A DNA stretch of 64,000 nt from Sphingobacterium thalpophilum (GTDB taxonomy: Bacteria; Bacteroidota; Bacteroidia; Sphingobacteriales; Sphingobacteriaceae), in the NCBI GenBank assembly GCA_945868825.1, contig CAMBMM010000002.1, positions 54,252 through 118,251 on the forward strand. The letters run 5' to 3'. How positions within the stretch are numbered: the first letter of the stretch is position 1; every line of letters starts with the position of its first letter. A program made the translations under genes and the position numbers. Below are positions 30,044-38,056 of the stretch, piece after piece. Under the pieces are notes generated by a model, which saw only the letters and a program-made list of their open reading frames with translations, searched no databases and was not told the DNA's origin.

Positions 30044-31384
30044 TTACAATTGCATGAGTAGTAATTTTTCGAGTTCCCTGGGTTTTATCTCGGGGTTAAG
30101 GTAGTAATTCATCATCCGTTTATCTTCTTCATTACCTACCCTAAGAATAAACTCTTGACCTTTAATAATGGGTTGTACTTTAGTATTTAAAGAAGCAATG
30201 ATACGGTTTCTGATTTGCCGTTGATTGTCGTAAGACTTATCGTTGATTTGCAAAATGGCGTTTAACTCTAAACTAGATATGTGTTGATCTATTTCTAGTT
30301 TTGTAAACACATGTAGGAGTTGTTCTTCATGATCGGAGAAAAGTTTGTCTTTTCTTTTTTGTTTGTTTCTGAATACCAGTACTAGGCCAAAGAGTAGGCA
30401 CAAGATAAGTAGACCAAAAATATAATACTGATACCGTTGAAAGGTAGAAAGATATACGGGGCCAACTAACTCGGATTCTTTAACTAGTTTTTCTACGGCT
30501 AAACTGTCTAACAAATAGGTTGCTCCTGTTTGTGTGTTGTTGTATTGCAAGGAATATAGTTTACCGTTTTGGTAATATACTCGGGAATTGTCAAGAAAAA
30601 ACTTATCGGTATGCTTGGTATACTTGAATAATTTATTGTTAAAGGGGTCGACAATAAATAACAGATCTAAGCCATAAAAACAAATTAAATAGGTGCCAGT
30701 CCATACACTACCAAATTGTTTTTTAGAAAAAGAGCGTAGTGCTGGATTGAGCGCCCCTTTCTTCAACCAAGTTCGGGTGTTAAAATCAAAGAAATAGGCA
30801 AAAATTTCTGTATCGTAGGGCTCGGGTCCAGGATCTATATAAGCTGAAAAAAACTGTTTGTATTTGGAGGAGTACCCGCTAAAATGAGCGCTAGAAGGTT
30901 GTTCGTTCTTACTGCCTGATGTATATAAACTCCATTCTTGGATGCGGGTATTGTAATAGGTTATTACATTATGACGCAACCAAAATCCTTGGCCACCAAC
31001 AGAAAACAAGGTATCGTTATGCAAAAATTGATTGGCGTTAAAATTATACCCTCTAAAAAAAGTTCGGTCTAAGCGCTTTACACTAAACGCCTTTGTATTT
31101 AGCTGATAAACTTGTCCGGTACCGGGTACGCTAATGGTGGTAGTATCTCCTTTATGAAATACACTTACATCAAAATCTTTAGGCAATTCAGAAAAAATTC
31201 CTGCAGGACTAAATACCCCTAATTTTATTTTTTCTCCAGCAGCATTATTGACTAAAAACTCCTGAGTTGTTGTATTTACCTCATAGAATTTGCTATCAGG
31301 GGCCATCCACTTAAAGCCTTTATGCCACTGGGCATTGGCAACAGTAGCGGATATAATAAAAAGAAATGAAAAAAAATTTCTCAT
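30044..31384 (-). CDS. hypothetical type-I membrane protein (signal peptide, about 320-aa external domain, one TM, about 100-aa cytoplasmic tail)
   Basis: N-terminal signal FLFIISATVANAQ. TM segment YYIFGLLILCLLFGLVLVF followed by RNKQKRKDK. No recognised family. Confidence 0.55.
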   Translation of the reverse strand: MRNFFSFLFIISATVANAQWHKGFKWMAPDSKFYEVNTTTQEFLVNNAAGEKIKLGVFSPAGIFSELPKDFDVSVFHKGDTTTISVPGTGQVYQLNTKAFSVKRLDRTFFRGYNFNANQFLHNDTLFSVGGQGFWLRHNVITYYNTRIQEWSLYTSGSKNEQPSSAHFSGYSSKYKQFFSAYIDPGPEPYDTEIFAYFFDFNTRTWLKKGALNPALRSFSKKQFGSVWTGTYLICFYGLDLLFIVDPFNNKLFKYTKHTDKFFLDNSRVYYQNGKLYSLQYNNTQTGATYLLDSLAVEKLVKESELVGPVYLSTFQRYQYYIFGLLILCLLFGLVLVFRNKQKRKDKLFSDHEEQLLHVFTKLEIDQHISSLELNAILQINDKSYDNQRQIRNRIIASLNTKVQPIIKGQEFILRVGNEEDKRMMNYYLNPEIKPRELEKLLLMQL

Positions 31385-31603
31385 GCGGATTATTTATATC
31401 CTAAATATAACTATTGATTATAAGAATATGTAGCAAATTGTGTTACAATGCGTGACAATACACGTTTCACATAAAATAACTAGTAGCCCACAAACCACTT
31501 TGCTAGCTTGGTGTATATTATATAAAACTGGAGACCAGCAACCAGTAAAAACGGGGCGGTGCCGAAAAGCCTTATGAGTAGGAACAAACCAAATTTTAAC
31601 ATT

Positions 31604-32140
31604 ATGAAAAAAACAATGACAAAACTTGTATTGATTTGCTCTTTGGCAATTTTCTTTACTTCATGTGTAACCACAAACAAAGGATTTCAGTCTTCACCTG
31701 TAATTTCGAGAAATGTTATGCTAGACCCAATTAAAGCAGACATTAAAGTAAACGAAACTGCTAAACTTTCTGGACAAAGTAAAAGTACTTATTTTTTATT
31801 TTTCAGACTAAGTGGAGATAAAACATCGGCAGACAATATCAATTACAGTGCAGATGCAGATGGTATGGGATTAAGTCAATACAATCCATTTAAAATAGTT
31901 AAAACTGCAATGCTAAGAAAAGTAAGATCAGCTGCTGCATACAAAGCTCTTTCAGCGGGTGATTACGACTTTTTAGTACATCCGAATTATACTACGACTA
32001 CAAAAAATTTCTTAGGTATAGTTCGAGTTTATGATTGTAATGTTTCAGGGTATGGAGCAAAATATCAAAACTTTAGAACTGAGAAACAAAAAACTGTCCT
32101 TTTAGAAAACGGTAAAGAACTCGTTCTTCAAGATAAATAG
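31604..32140 (+). CDS. hypothetical lipoprotein
   Basis: MKKTMTKLVLICSLAIFFTSC lipobox. Start moved to 31604. Confidence 0.55.
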   Translation: MKKTMTKLVLICSLAIFFTSCVTTNKGFQSSPVISRNVMLDPIKADIKVNETAKLSGQSKSTYFLFFRLSGDKTSADNINYSADADGMGLSQYNPFKIVKTAMLRKVRSAAAYKALSAGDYDFLVHPNYTTTTKNFLGIVRVYDCNVSGYGAKYQNFRTEKQKTVLLENGKELVLQDK

Positions 32141-32157
32141 TATAACAAAACCAGACC

Positions 32158-32196
32158 TTAAAAAACCTCCCCGAAAAATCGGGGAGGTTTTTTTGT
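32158..32196. terminator. bidirectional terminator between convergent lipoprotein genes
   Basis: Stem cctcccc/ggggagg with flanking A- and T-runs. Confidence 0.8.
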
Positions 32197-32238
32197 TTCT
32201 ATCTTATAAAAGATAGTTCAGAAAGTATAGCAAGCGTA

Positions 32239-32727
32239 TTATTTAGCTATAAAATCAAACTGACCAGTGCAATACAAAACGTTGTTAGCTCTATACCCTT
32301 TAAGCGTACCTTTTATTTGACCCGGGTAGGTGCTTTTTTCAAATATCACTTCTGTTTTAGAAACATTTATGTCGGAATTATTTAAACTTCCGTATAAAGC
32401 TACTGTTCTTGTACTGGTTGAGGTATAGGTTGTACCGTTTACTATGGCTGTTGGTATGATTACATCTAGGCCCAAATCGTTATTATTATCTACTAAGATA
32501 AAAAACATCCAATTGCTACCCGTAGTACCATAGGTTTGGTATTGTAGCGAAAAGGTGCCATTGGCTACAGGTATAGGAATATTTACGTATTTCGTTGAGT
32601 ATGTTGCGCCAGCCGTTGTAGTTATACTGAATGTGCCTGAGTTAGCGGTGGTGTCGCTAGATTTTTTGCAACTTAAATTCAAAAAGATTACTAAAGAGAA
32701 AAGTGATGCAATGGTTATGTTTTTCAT
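32239..32727 (-). CDS. hypothetical lipoprotein
   Basis: Leader ending in NLSCKK, beta-rich, Thr/Ser-rich, 162 aa. Confidence 0.5.
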   Translation of the reverse strand: MKNITIASLFSLVIFLNLSCKKSSDTTANSGTFSITTTAGATYSTKYVNIPIPVANGTFSLQYQTYGTTGSNWMFFILVDNNNDLGLDVIIPTAIVNGTTYTSTSTRTVALYGSLNNSDINVSKTEVIFEKSTYPGQIKGTLKGYRANNVLYCTGQFDFIAK

Positions 32728-32855
32728 TTGATGTGAAATAATTTGAATAAATAATTGATTTGTTTGGCATGAAGTTACTCATAGAAATAACTAGGCCAAA
32801 TAAAAATTATGTGAATTGTGTTTTTTGTCGCTTTGTCACAGATACGTTGGCGGAA

Positions 32856-33428
32856 TTACCCTTCCAACCAATTCTTCATCATGCTTTCCCCATTTGGTGT
32901 TAATACACTCTCGGGGTGAAATTGCACGGCCTGCACCTGGTACTGGGCATGCTGAAAGGCCATGATATTTCCGGCTTCGTCTAGGGCGGTAATTTGTAAT
33001 TCTTTTGGGAAATCTTCTGGGCTTAGCACCCAACTGTGGTAGCGCCCTACCGAAAATGTTTGGGGTAGGTTTTTAAATAGTGGGGAAGCCGTGGCGGTTT
33101 TAGTTATGGGCGTAGCCACCCCATGAGCCACCTCCGCTAAATTAAGTAGTTTGGCACCAAACACCTGGCCAATGGCCTGATGGCCCAAGCAAACACCTAG
33201 TATCGGTTTCTTATCGGCATAGGTTTGTATAATGGGTAATAACAAGCCGGCATCGGCGGGTAAACCCGGCCCTGGTGAAAGTAAAATACGATCGTATGCT
33301 GCTACTTCTTCTAAACTGAGTTCATCGTTACGGCGAACCGTTACCTCATACGTTGCGCCCAGTTGCTGTATGAGGTGAACCAGGTTATAGGTAAAGGAAT
33401 CGTAATTGTCTACTAAAAGAATTTTCAT
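32856..33428 (-). CDS. anthranilate/aminodeoxychorismate synthase component II (class I glutamine amidotransferase)
   Basis: GVCLGHQ nucleophile elbow and a C-terminal FHPES. 190 aa, stand-alone. Confidence 0.85.
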   Translation of the reverse strand: MKILLVDNYDSFTYNLVHLIQQLGATYEVTVRRNDELSLEEVAAYDRILLSPGPGLPADAGLLLPIIQTYADKKPILGVCLGHQAIGQVFGAKLLNLAEVAHGVATPITKTATASPLFKNLPQTFSVGRYHSWVLSPEDFPKELQITALDEAGNIMAFQHAQYQVQAVQFHPESVLTPNGESMMKNWLEG

Positions 33429-33506
33429 GTGCGGGGCTACACAAAGATGCTGCTCTGGCTTGGGATATGCAAGGGGCTCTTATTATATTGGGGAGGGGTG
33501 TTTGGG

Positions 33507-33528
33507 TTTACCTTTTTGCTTGATCAAA
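33507..33528 (+). repeat. 22-mer motif copy 1 (tttacctttttgcttgatcaaa), preceded by a G/T-rich repeat-like unit
   Basis: Identical to 38017..38038 and 21/22 to the reverse complement of 42994..43015. Confidence 0.8.
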
Positions 33529-33592
33529 TTCGAAGGCGAAAGACGACCGATAGGAACGTGCAAAATTGTCAGTTTGCATGGAAGTTTCTGCC

Positions 33593-35029
33593 TTATTTAT
33601 AAATCAAATACGTATCCTTCACATCCGAATATTTCAGCGAAAAAACGTCTTTAATATAATTCTGATGAACTTTCCAAGGTGCTTCTGAGCCTTGTTTTGG
33701 CAAAATATCTTCGGCTCGTAAAACATACCCGGCGTTGAAATCCAATAGACGCTCTGAGGTTAACTTATCGTAATCAAATTGCGGAACAACGACCGAGAAA
33801 TTCTTTTCCTTCATGTAATTGAGCATTCGTGCAACAAATTGGCAATTCAAATCGCATTTCAAGGTCCAGGAAGCATTCGTATATCCGATGGCGATGGCAA
33901 AATTCGGAATTTCGCTAAACATTACGCCCTTATAGGCGTGAATTTTGCTGGTATCAACCAATTTATCGTCAACAAAAAGTTTCATGCCGCCTAATAGTTG
34001 AAGGCTCAACCCTGTTGCAGTTACGACAATATCTGCAGGCAAAATTTCGCCTGAATCGAGTTCAATTCCGTCTGCATGAAATGTTTTTATCGTGTCGGTT
34101 ACTATTTTTCCTTTTCCGCTTTTAATGGTTTCAAACAGATCATTGTCAGGCACCAAACAAAGTCTTTGATCCCAAGGATTGTATTTCGGGTCAAAATTCT
34201 TCTCTTCATATTTTTCGCCGAGTTGTTTTTTCACCCCGTTTTTCAAAAGATTCTTGAGAAAAGCAGGAAACAATCGGGATGTTTGGTAAAGCGCAATTCC
34301 GAGCAAAATATTTTTCCAGCGGGACATTTGATGTGCCCATTGAGCAGGCAAAACCTTTTTGAGGAAATTCGCGGTCGCATCTTCCTTTGGCAGATTCATG
34401 ATATAGGTGGGCGAACGCTGAAGCATGGTTACGTGTTTTGCCTTTTTCGCAAGTTCGGGAAGCAGCGTTACGGCGGTAGCACCGCTGCCTATGATCACGA
34501 TGTTTTTGTCGGAATAATCGAGGCTTGTATCCCATTTTTGCGGGTGCATTTTGATGCCTTGAAAGGCTTCGCTATTCGGAAATTTGGGTTCGTAACCGTG
34601 CTCGTAATTGTAATATCCGCAGCAGGTAAAGAGAAAATTACAGTCGATTGTTTCGCCGGTTGAAAGTTCGAGCGTCCATTTTTTATCGGCGGAATTCCAA
34701 GCTGAAGACGTAACCCTTTTTTCAAACTGAATATGATCGCGGATCTTAAATTTATCGGCGGTTTCATTGATGTATTTCACAATCGAAGGTCCATCGGCAA
34801 TTGCCTGCGGATTTTTCCAGGGATTAAAGCCAAACCCAAACGTGTACATATCCGAATCTGAACGAATTCCCGGATATTTAAACAAATCCCAGGTGCCACC
34901 CACTGCTGAACGGCCTTCAATAATCGCAAAATTGACCTGCGGACACTTGTCTTTTAAATGATAGCCCGCACCGATTCCCGAAAGCCCTGCACCGATTATG
35001 ACTACGTCGTATGATTTTTTTATGCTCAT
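33593..35029 (-). CDS. flavin-containing / Baeyer-Villiger-type monooxygenase
   Basis: FAD motif GAGLSGIG, FMO/BVMO fingerprint FQGIKMHPQKW and a second dinucleotide motif GSGATA. Confidence 0.85.
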   Translation of the reverse strand: MSIKKSYDVVIIGAGLSGIGAGYHLKDKCPQVNFAIIEGRSAVGGTWDLFKYPGIRSDSDMYTFGFGFNPWKNPQAIADGPSIVKYINETADKFKIRDHIQFEKRVTSSAWNSADKKWTLELSTGETIDCNFLFTCCGYYNYEHGYEPKFPNSEAFQGIKMHPQKWDTSLDYSDKNIVIIGSGATAVTLLPELAKKAKHVTMLQRSPTYIMNLPKEDATANFLKKVLPAQWAHQMSRWKNILLGIALYQTSRLFPAFLKNLLKNGVKKQLGEKYEEKNFDPKYNPWDQRLCLVPDNDLFETIKSGKGKIVTDTIKTFHADGIELDSGEILPADIVVTATGLSLQLLGGMKLFVDDKLVDTSKIHAYKGVMFSEIPNFAIAIGYTNASWTLKCDLNCQFVARMLNYMKEKNFSVVVPQFDYDKLTSERLLDFNAGYVLRAEDILPKQGSEAPWKVHQNYIKDVFSLKYSDVKDTYLIYK

Positions 35030-35289
35030 TTTTGTAAAGTAAAGAATAAATAGGTATGACCAAACTTACTATTTTGACACTACAGATTGGGCTCTTCCTT
35101 AGTATGGTGGTTTTTTCCTCTATACGGATATGGACCTACTCTGTGCATGTATTTATTTCAAATTTAATAAATCATAGCTAATCTGTTTATGAACAAGCGT
35201 AAATTGCGTTACAGAAGATTTGTCTCTCAACATTTGCTACAAAACAGGTATCATGTGTGCTATTATCTGAATTTAATAAAAAAGAAGTA

Positions 35290-35436
35290 TTAGCCCACCC
35301 TCAAAATATCTTCCCAAGCGGTGGTGTAATTTGGGCTTACGTTTTCTCGTTTCATGGCCCAATGTTTCTGATACCCTTCTGAAGCCATGCGGATGGTGCC
35401 GCTGCCGTAGTGGGTATTCAGCTTATCCATTAAGGT
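35290..35436 (-). pseudogene. orphan 3'-terminal fragment of a umuC homologue
   Basis: Aligns to 36052..36198 with about 11 mismatches by hand count. It encodes LMDKLNTHYGSGTIRMASEGYQKHWAMKRENVSPNYTTAWEDILRVG, against ...YKKHW...WDDILRVG in the intact gene. Confidence 0.8.
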
Positions 35437-35516
35437 ATTTGTTATTAATACCAATATAGTATAACTTAGATGTATAAGTTCATTCACTAAATTTTAACAA
35501 ATTAATTGTAACTATT

Positions 35517-35969
35517 ATGGCACAAAATGTTTCAGAAGATGAGGTTTCCACTTTCGACGCAGTTTATAGCTTAGTCGTGTTGGCACTAATGATTTTTGTA
35601 GTACTTGGAATATTCCTTAAAAAGGAAACAGTTGTAACCAAGAGCAACTTTACAGAGTTTAGAGCAAAGTATATGGGTAAAACCGAAGATGAAATTAAGA
35701 AAGAATTCGGGACTCCCTTTCTATACCAGCCTCCCCAAAAAGGCATCATAGGTGGTATGTCCTACAATGAATCCAAAAGATGGATTTGGTATGTAATCGA
35801 TGGTATTGGTGGAGATGGCTTTCATGAGGGACTTCATTATAAAAATAAAATGGATTACGAAGACCCCATTACTTTTGTTTTAAACAAAAAATTTGTAGTG
35901 GTAGATATAGAATCTAAGGGTTTAGATATTGATGGTGTTGAAAAACCCGAATTGGATGTAACGCAATAA
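35517..35969 (+). CDS. hypothetical single-TM protein
   Basis: 150-aa ORF with a TM segment (VYSLVVLALMIFVVLGIFL), followed by a strong terminator. Confidence 0.5.
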   Translation: MAQNVSEDEVSTFDAVYSLVVLALMIFVVLGIFLKKETVVTKSNFTEFRAKYMGKTEDEIKKEFGTPFLYQPPQKGIIGGMSYNESKRWIWYVIDGIGGDGFHEGLHYKNKMDYEDPITFVLNKKFVVVDIESKGLDIDGVEKPELDVTQ

Positions 35970-35994
35970 AAATTTAATACAACTAGTATTTTAA

Positions 35995-36034
35995 AAACCC
36001 TCCCTGATTTTTTTGGGGAGGGTTTTTGTTTTTG
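35995..36034 (+). terminator. rho-independent terminator
   Basis: Stem ccctccc/gggaggg followed by TTTTTGTTTTT. Confidence 0.8.
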
Positions 36035-36051
36035 GGGATTGGTGTTTTCAT

Positions 36052-37299
36052 TTACCCCACCCTCAAAATATCGTCCCAAGCGGTGGTATAATTGGGGCTT
36101 ACATTTTCTCGTTTCATAGCCCAGTGTTTTTTATACCCTTCGGAAGCCATACGGATGGTGCCGCTGCCGTAGTGGGTATTCAGCTTATCCATTAAGCTAC
36201 TTACCGCATTGTTCTTCGGACCATTCCAGGGGCTGAACAAATGCAATTGCACTTCTTGTTCTGGGATTAATCCTGTGGCCATCACCATCACTTTACTATA
36301 CTGATACCGCGGGCTGTACAGCGCTTTTACGCCACCAATGGCGGCTTTTACCAAATCGGGGGTATTGCTTATGGGGTGTGCCAAAGGCAGGCTGATGTAG
36401 GGATTGTATTGCGGCAAATCGGGTCGGAAGCGGTTGGTTAATAGTTGTACGTGGAGCAGCGTGGCACAGCTTTTATCTGCCCGAAGTTTTTCGGCTAGGC
36501 GGCTGGTGTAGGCGGTGGTGGCTTCTATCAATTCCTCTAACTTATTAGTCAGTTTTCCGAAGGAACGGCTGGTGCAAATGCCTTGTTTTCTATCCAATAC
36601 TTCTTTGAGGGGAATGCAGGGTCGGCCCCAAAGTTCGTGGTAGAGGCGCAAGCCTTGTATGGTGAGCATGTGTTTTACCCAAGCAGGGGGTTGGGCTCTG
36701 AGTTGGGCGGCGGTAAATACATTTTCGAGGGCTAACTTTTTATGGTAGGCCCGGCCTATGCCCCAGAGGTCGCCAATGGGGAAGTTGTTTAGGGCATTTG
36801 TTATCTCTTCTTCGCTTTGGATTACACAAATACCTGTGGGACTTTTCTTGGCCAGTTTATTGGCCAGTTTGGCTAGGGTTTTGGTGGGGGCTATGCCCAC
36901 ACTTACAGGTATACCTGTGTTGTGTACCACGGTGCTGCGCAGGGTTTGGGCATAGTCGGGTAGGTTGGAAATGCCGGTGAGCCCCAGGAAACATTCATCT
37001 ATACTGTACACTTCTACTTCGGGACTAAAGCGTGCCAGGTTGTTCATGATGCGGGCGCTGATATCGGCATAGAGGGTGTAATTGCTGCTGAAAATGGCAA
37101 TATGGTGTTGCTCTACGAGTGCTTTGATTTGGAAATAGGGCACGCCCATTTTTATGCCCAAGGCTTTGGCTTCGTTGCTTCGCGATATGGCACAGCCATC
37201 GTTATTGGAGAGCACCACCACGGGCCGGGTGTTTAGCTCGGGGCGAAAGAGGCGCTCACAGGATACGTAAAAGTTATTGGCATCAACGAGGGCGTACAT
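36052..37299 (-). CDS. umuC: Y-family translesion DNA polymerase (UmuC-like, Pol V catalytic subunit)
   Basis: MYALVDANNFYVSCERLF, VVLSNNDGC and SIDECFL motifs. It overlaps the umuD-like gene by 17 nt. Confidence 0.9.
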   Translation of the reverse strand: MYALVDANNFYVSCERLFRPELNTRPVVVLSNNDGCAISRSNEAKALGIKMGVPYFQIKALVEQHHIAIFSSNYTLYADISARIMNNLARFSPEVEVYSIDECFLGLTGISNLPDYAQTLRSTVVHNTGIPVSVGIAPTKTLAKLANKLAKKSPTGICVIQSEEEITNALNNFPIGDLWGIGRAYHKKLALENVFTAAQLRAQPPAWVKHMLTIQGLRLYHELWGRPCIPLKEVLDRKQGICTSRSFGKLTNKLEELIEATTAYTSRLAEKLRADKSCATLLHVQLLTNRFRPDLPQYNPYISLPLAHPISNTPDLVKAAIGGVKALYSPRYQYSKVMVMATGLIPEQEVQLHLFSPWNGPKNNAVSSLMDKLNTHYGSGTIRMASEGYKKHWAMKRENVSPNYTTAWDDILRVG

Positions 37300-37726
37300 A
37301 GCATTTGGGTTTGTGTTGGTGTGGGCGACAGCTCCAGGTGACTACGCCTCTTATCAGTAGTTCTTCGCTTACCAATTCGGGTTCTTCGTTTTCTTTTCCG
37401 GTGCCTAAATACACGTGTTTGCCTATCACATAGTATTGGCGCACTTTCCATTCTCCTCGATACCACAGTACGACTAAGGCATTGTGTGTTGCTTTCAGGG
37501 AGGTATCGTATACGAAGAGTGTGCCTTTGCAAATGCCCAAGGCGCTTAGCTCGTTGGAATCTGCTTCGGCGTAATAGGTATTTACGGGATCTTTTACCAG
37601 GCGCTCTAAAATACTTAGGCGTCCTTCCAAATAATCTTCGGCTGGGCTTACAAAGCCCGACGCTTTATCTGGATGGAGCAAAGGCTCTAATGCGGGGTCT
37701 TTAGGGGTATGTACTTGTTTTAACAC
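37283..37726 (-). CDS. umuD: UmuD-like S24 peptidase (LexA C-terminal domain only)
   Basis: ASGFVSPAEDY (cf. AGFPSPAxDY), Ser and Lys dyad regions, 147 aa, GTG start. It lies directly upstream of and overlapping umuC. Confidence 0.85.
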   Translation of the reverse strand: MLKQVHTPKDPALEPLLHPDKASGFVSPAEDYLEGRLSILERLVKDPVNTYYAEADSNELSALGICKGTLFVYDTSLKATHNALVVLWYRGEWKVRQYYVIGKHVYLGTGKENEEPELVSEELLIRGVVTWSCRPHQHKPKCYVRPR

Positions 37727-37747
37727 GGTTCTTAATGGGGAACCAAT

Positions 37748-37766
37748 TTACTAATATTTTTAGTAA
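37748..37766. promoter_or_regulatory. perfect palindrome TTACTAA-N5-TTAGTAA, candidate operator in the umuDC promoter spacer
   Basis: On the minus strand it sits between a TTG (-33-like, 37770..37772) and TAAATTGG (-7-like, 37743..37750). It lies about 20-40 nt upstream of the umuD GTG. Confidence 0.45.
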
Positions 37767-37780
37767 TTACAAGTTGGAAC

Positions 37781-38016
37781 GGGTAAAAAATTTTGGGTAA
37801 GGGTGTATTTATTTTGGGGATGGTCGTTTTTATTTCGGGGATAACTGTTTCATGATTTTGTGTGATTGTTTTTATTTTCTGGATGGGTGTTTTGATTTTG
37901 GGGAAGGTTGTTTTATAATTTTGGGTGGTGGTTTTTATTTTTGGGATTGGTGTTTTGGTTTTGGGGATGATGGTTTTTATTTTCGGGAATAGTGGTTTTA
38001 TTTCCAGGGTGGTTAT
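37781..38016 (+). repeat. degenerate tandem repeat, about 11 units of 18-24 nt (mode 21), unit approximately GGTGTTTTTATTTTGGGGAT
   Basis: Units delimited by hand at 37801, 37822, 37843, 37867, 37885, 37906, 37927, 37949, 37969 and 37991. Each carries a G-run plus paired T-tracts. Confidence 0.85.
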
Positions 38017-38038
38017 TTTACCTTTTTGCTTGATCAAA
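38017..38038 (+). repeat. 22-mer motif copy 2 (tttacctttttgcttgatcaaa)
   Basis: Identical to 33507..33528. It forms an imperfect hairpin cctttttg/caaaagg and lies 19 nt below the DUF2779 stop. Confidence 0.8.
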
Positions 38039-38056
38039 AGGGTAAGAAATCTATTT

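Noticed and set aside
35056-35184. 42-codon hydrophobic ORF in the monooxygenase upstream region
   Set aside because: No supporting promoter box, coupling or homology. It is likely a chance ORF in A/T-rich DNA.
37801-38010. G-quadruplex-forming array from the evenly spaced GGG/GGGG runs
   Set aside because: The G-runs are separated by about 17-nt T-rich loops, far longer than canonical G4 loops. Curvature or protein binding is a simpler reading.
37781-38016. Possible CRISPR array
   Set aside because: The repeat units are contiguous with no spacers. They are short (about 21 nt) and degenerate, and no cas genes are present.
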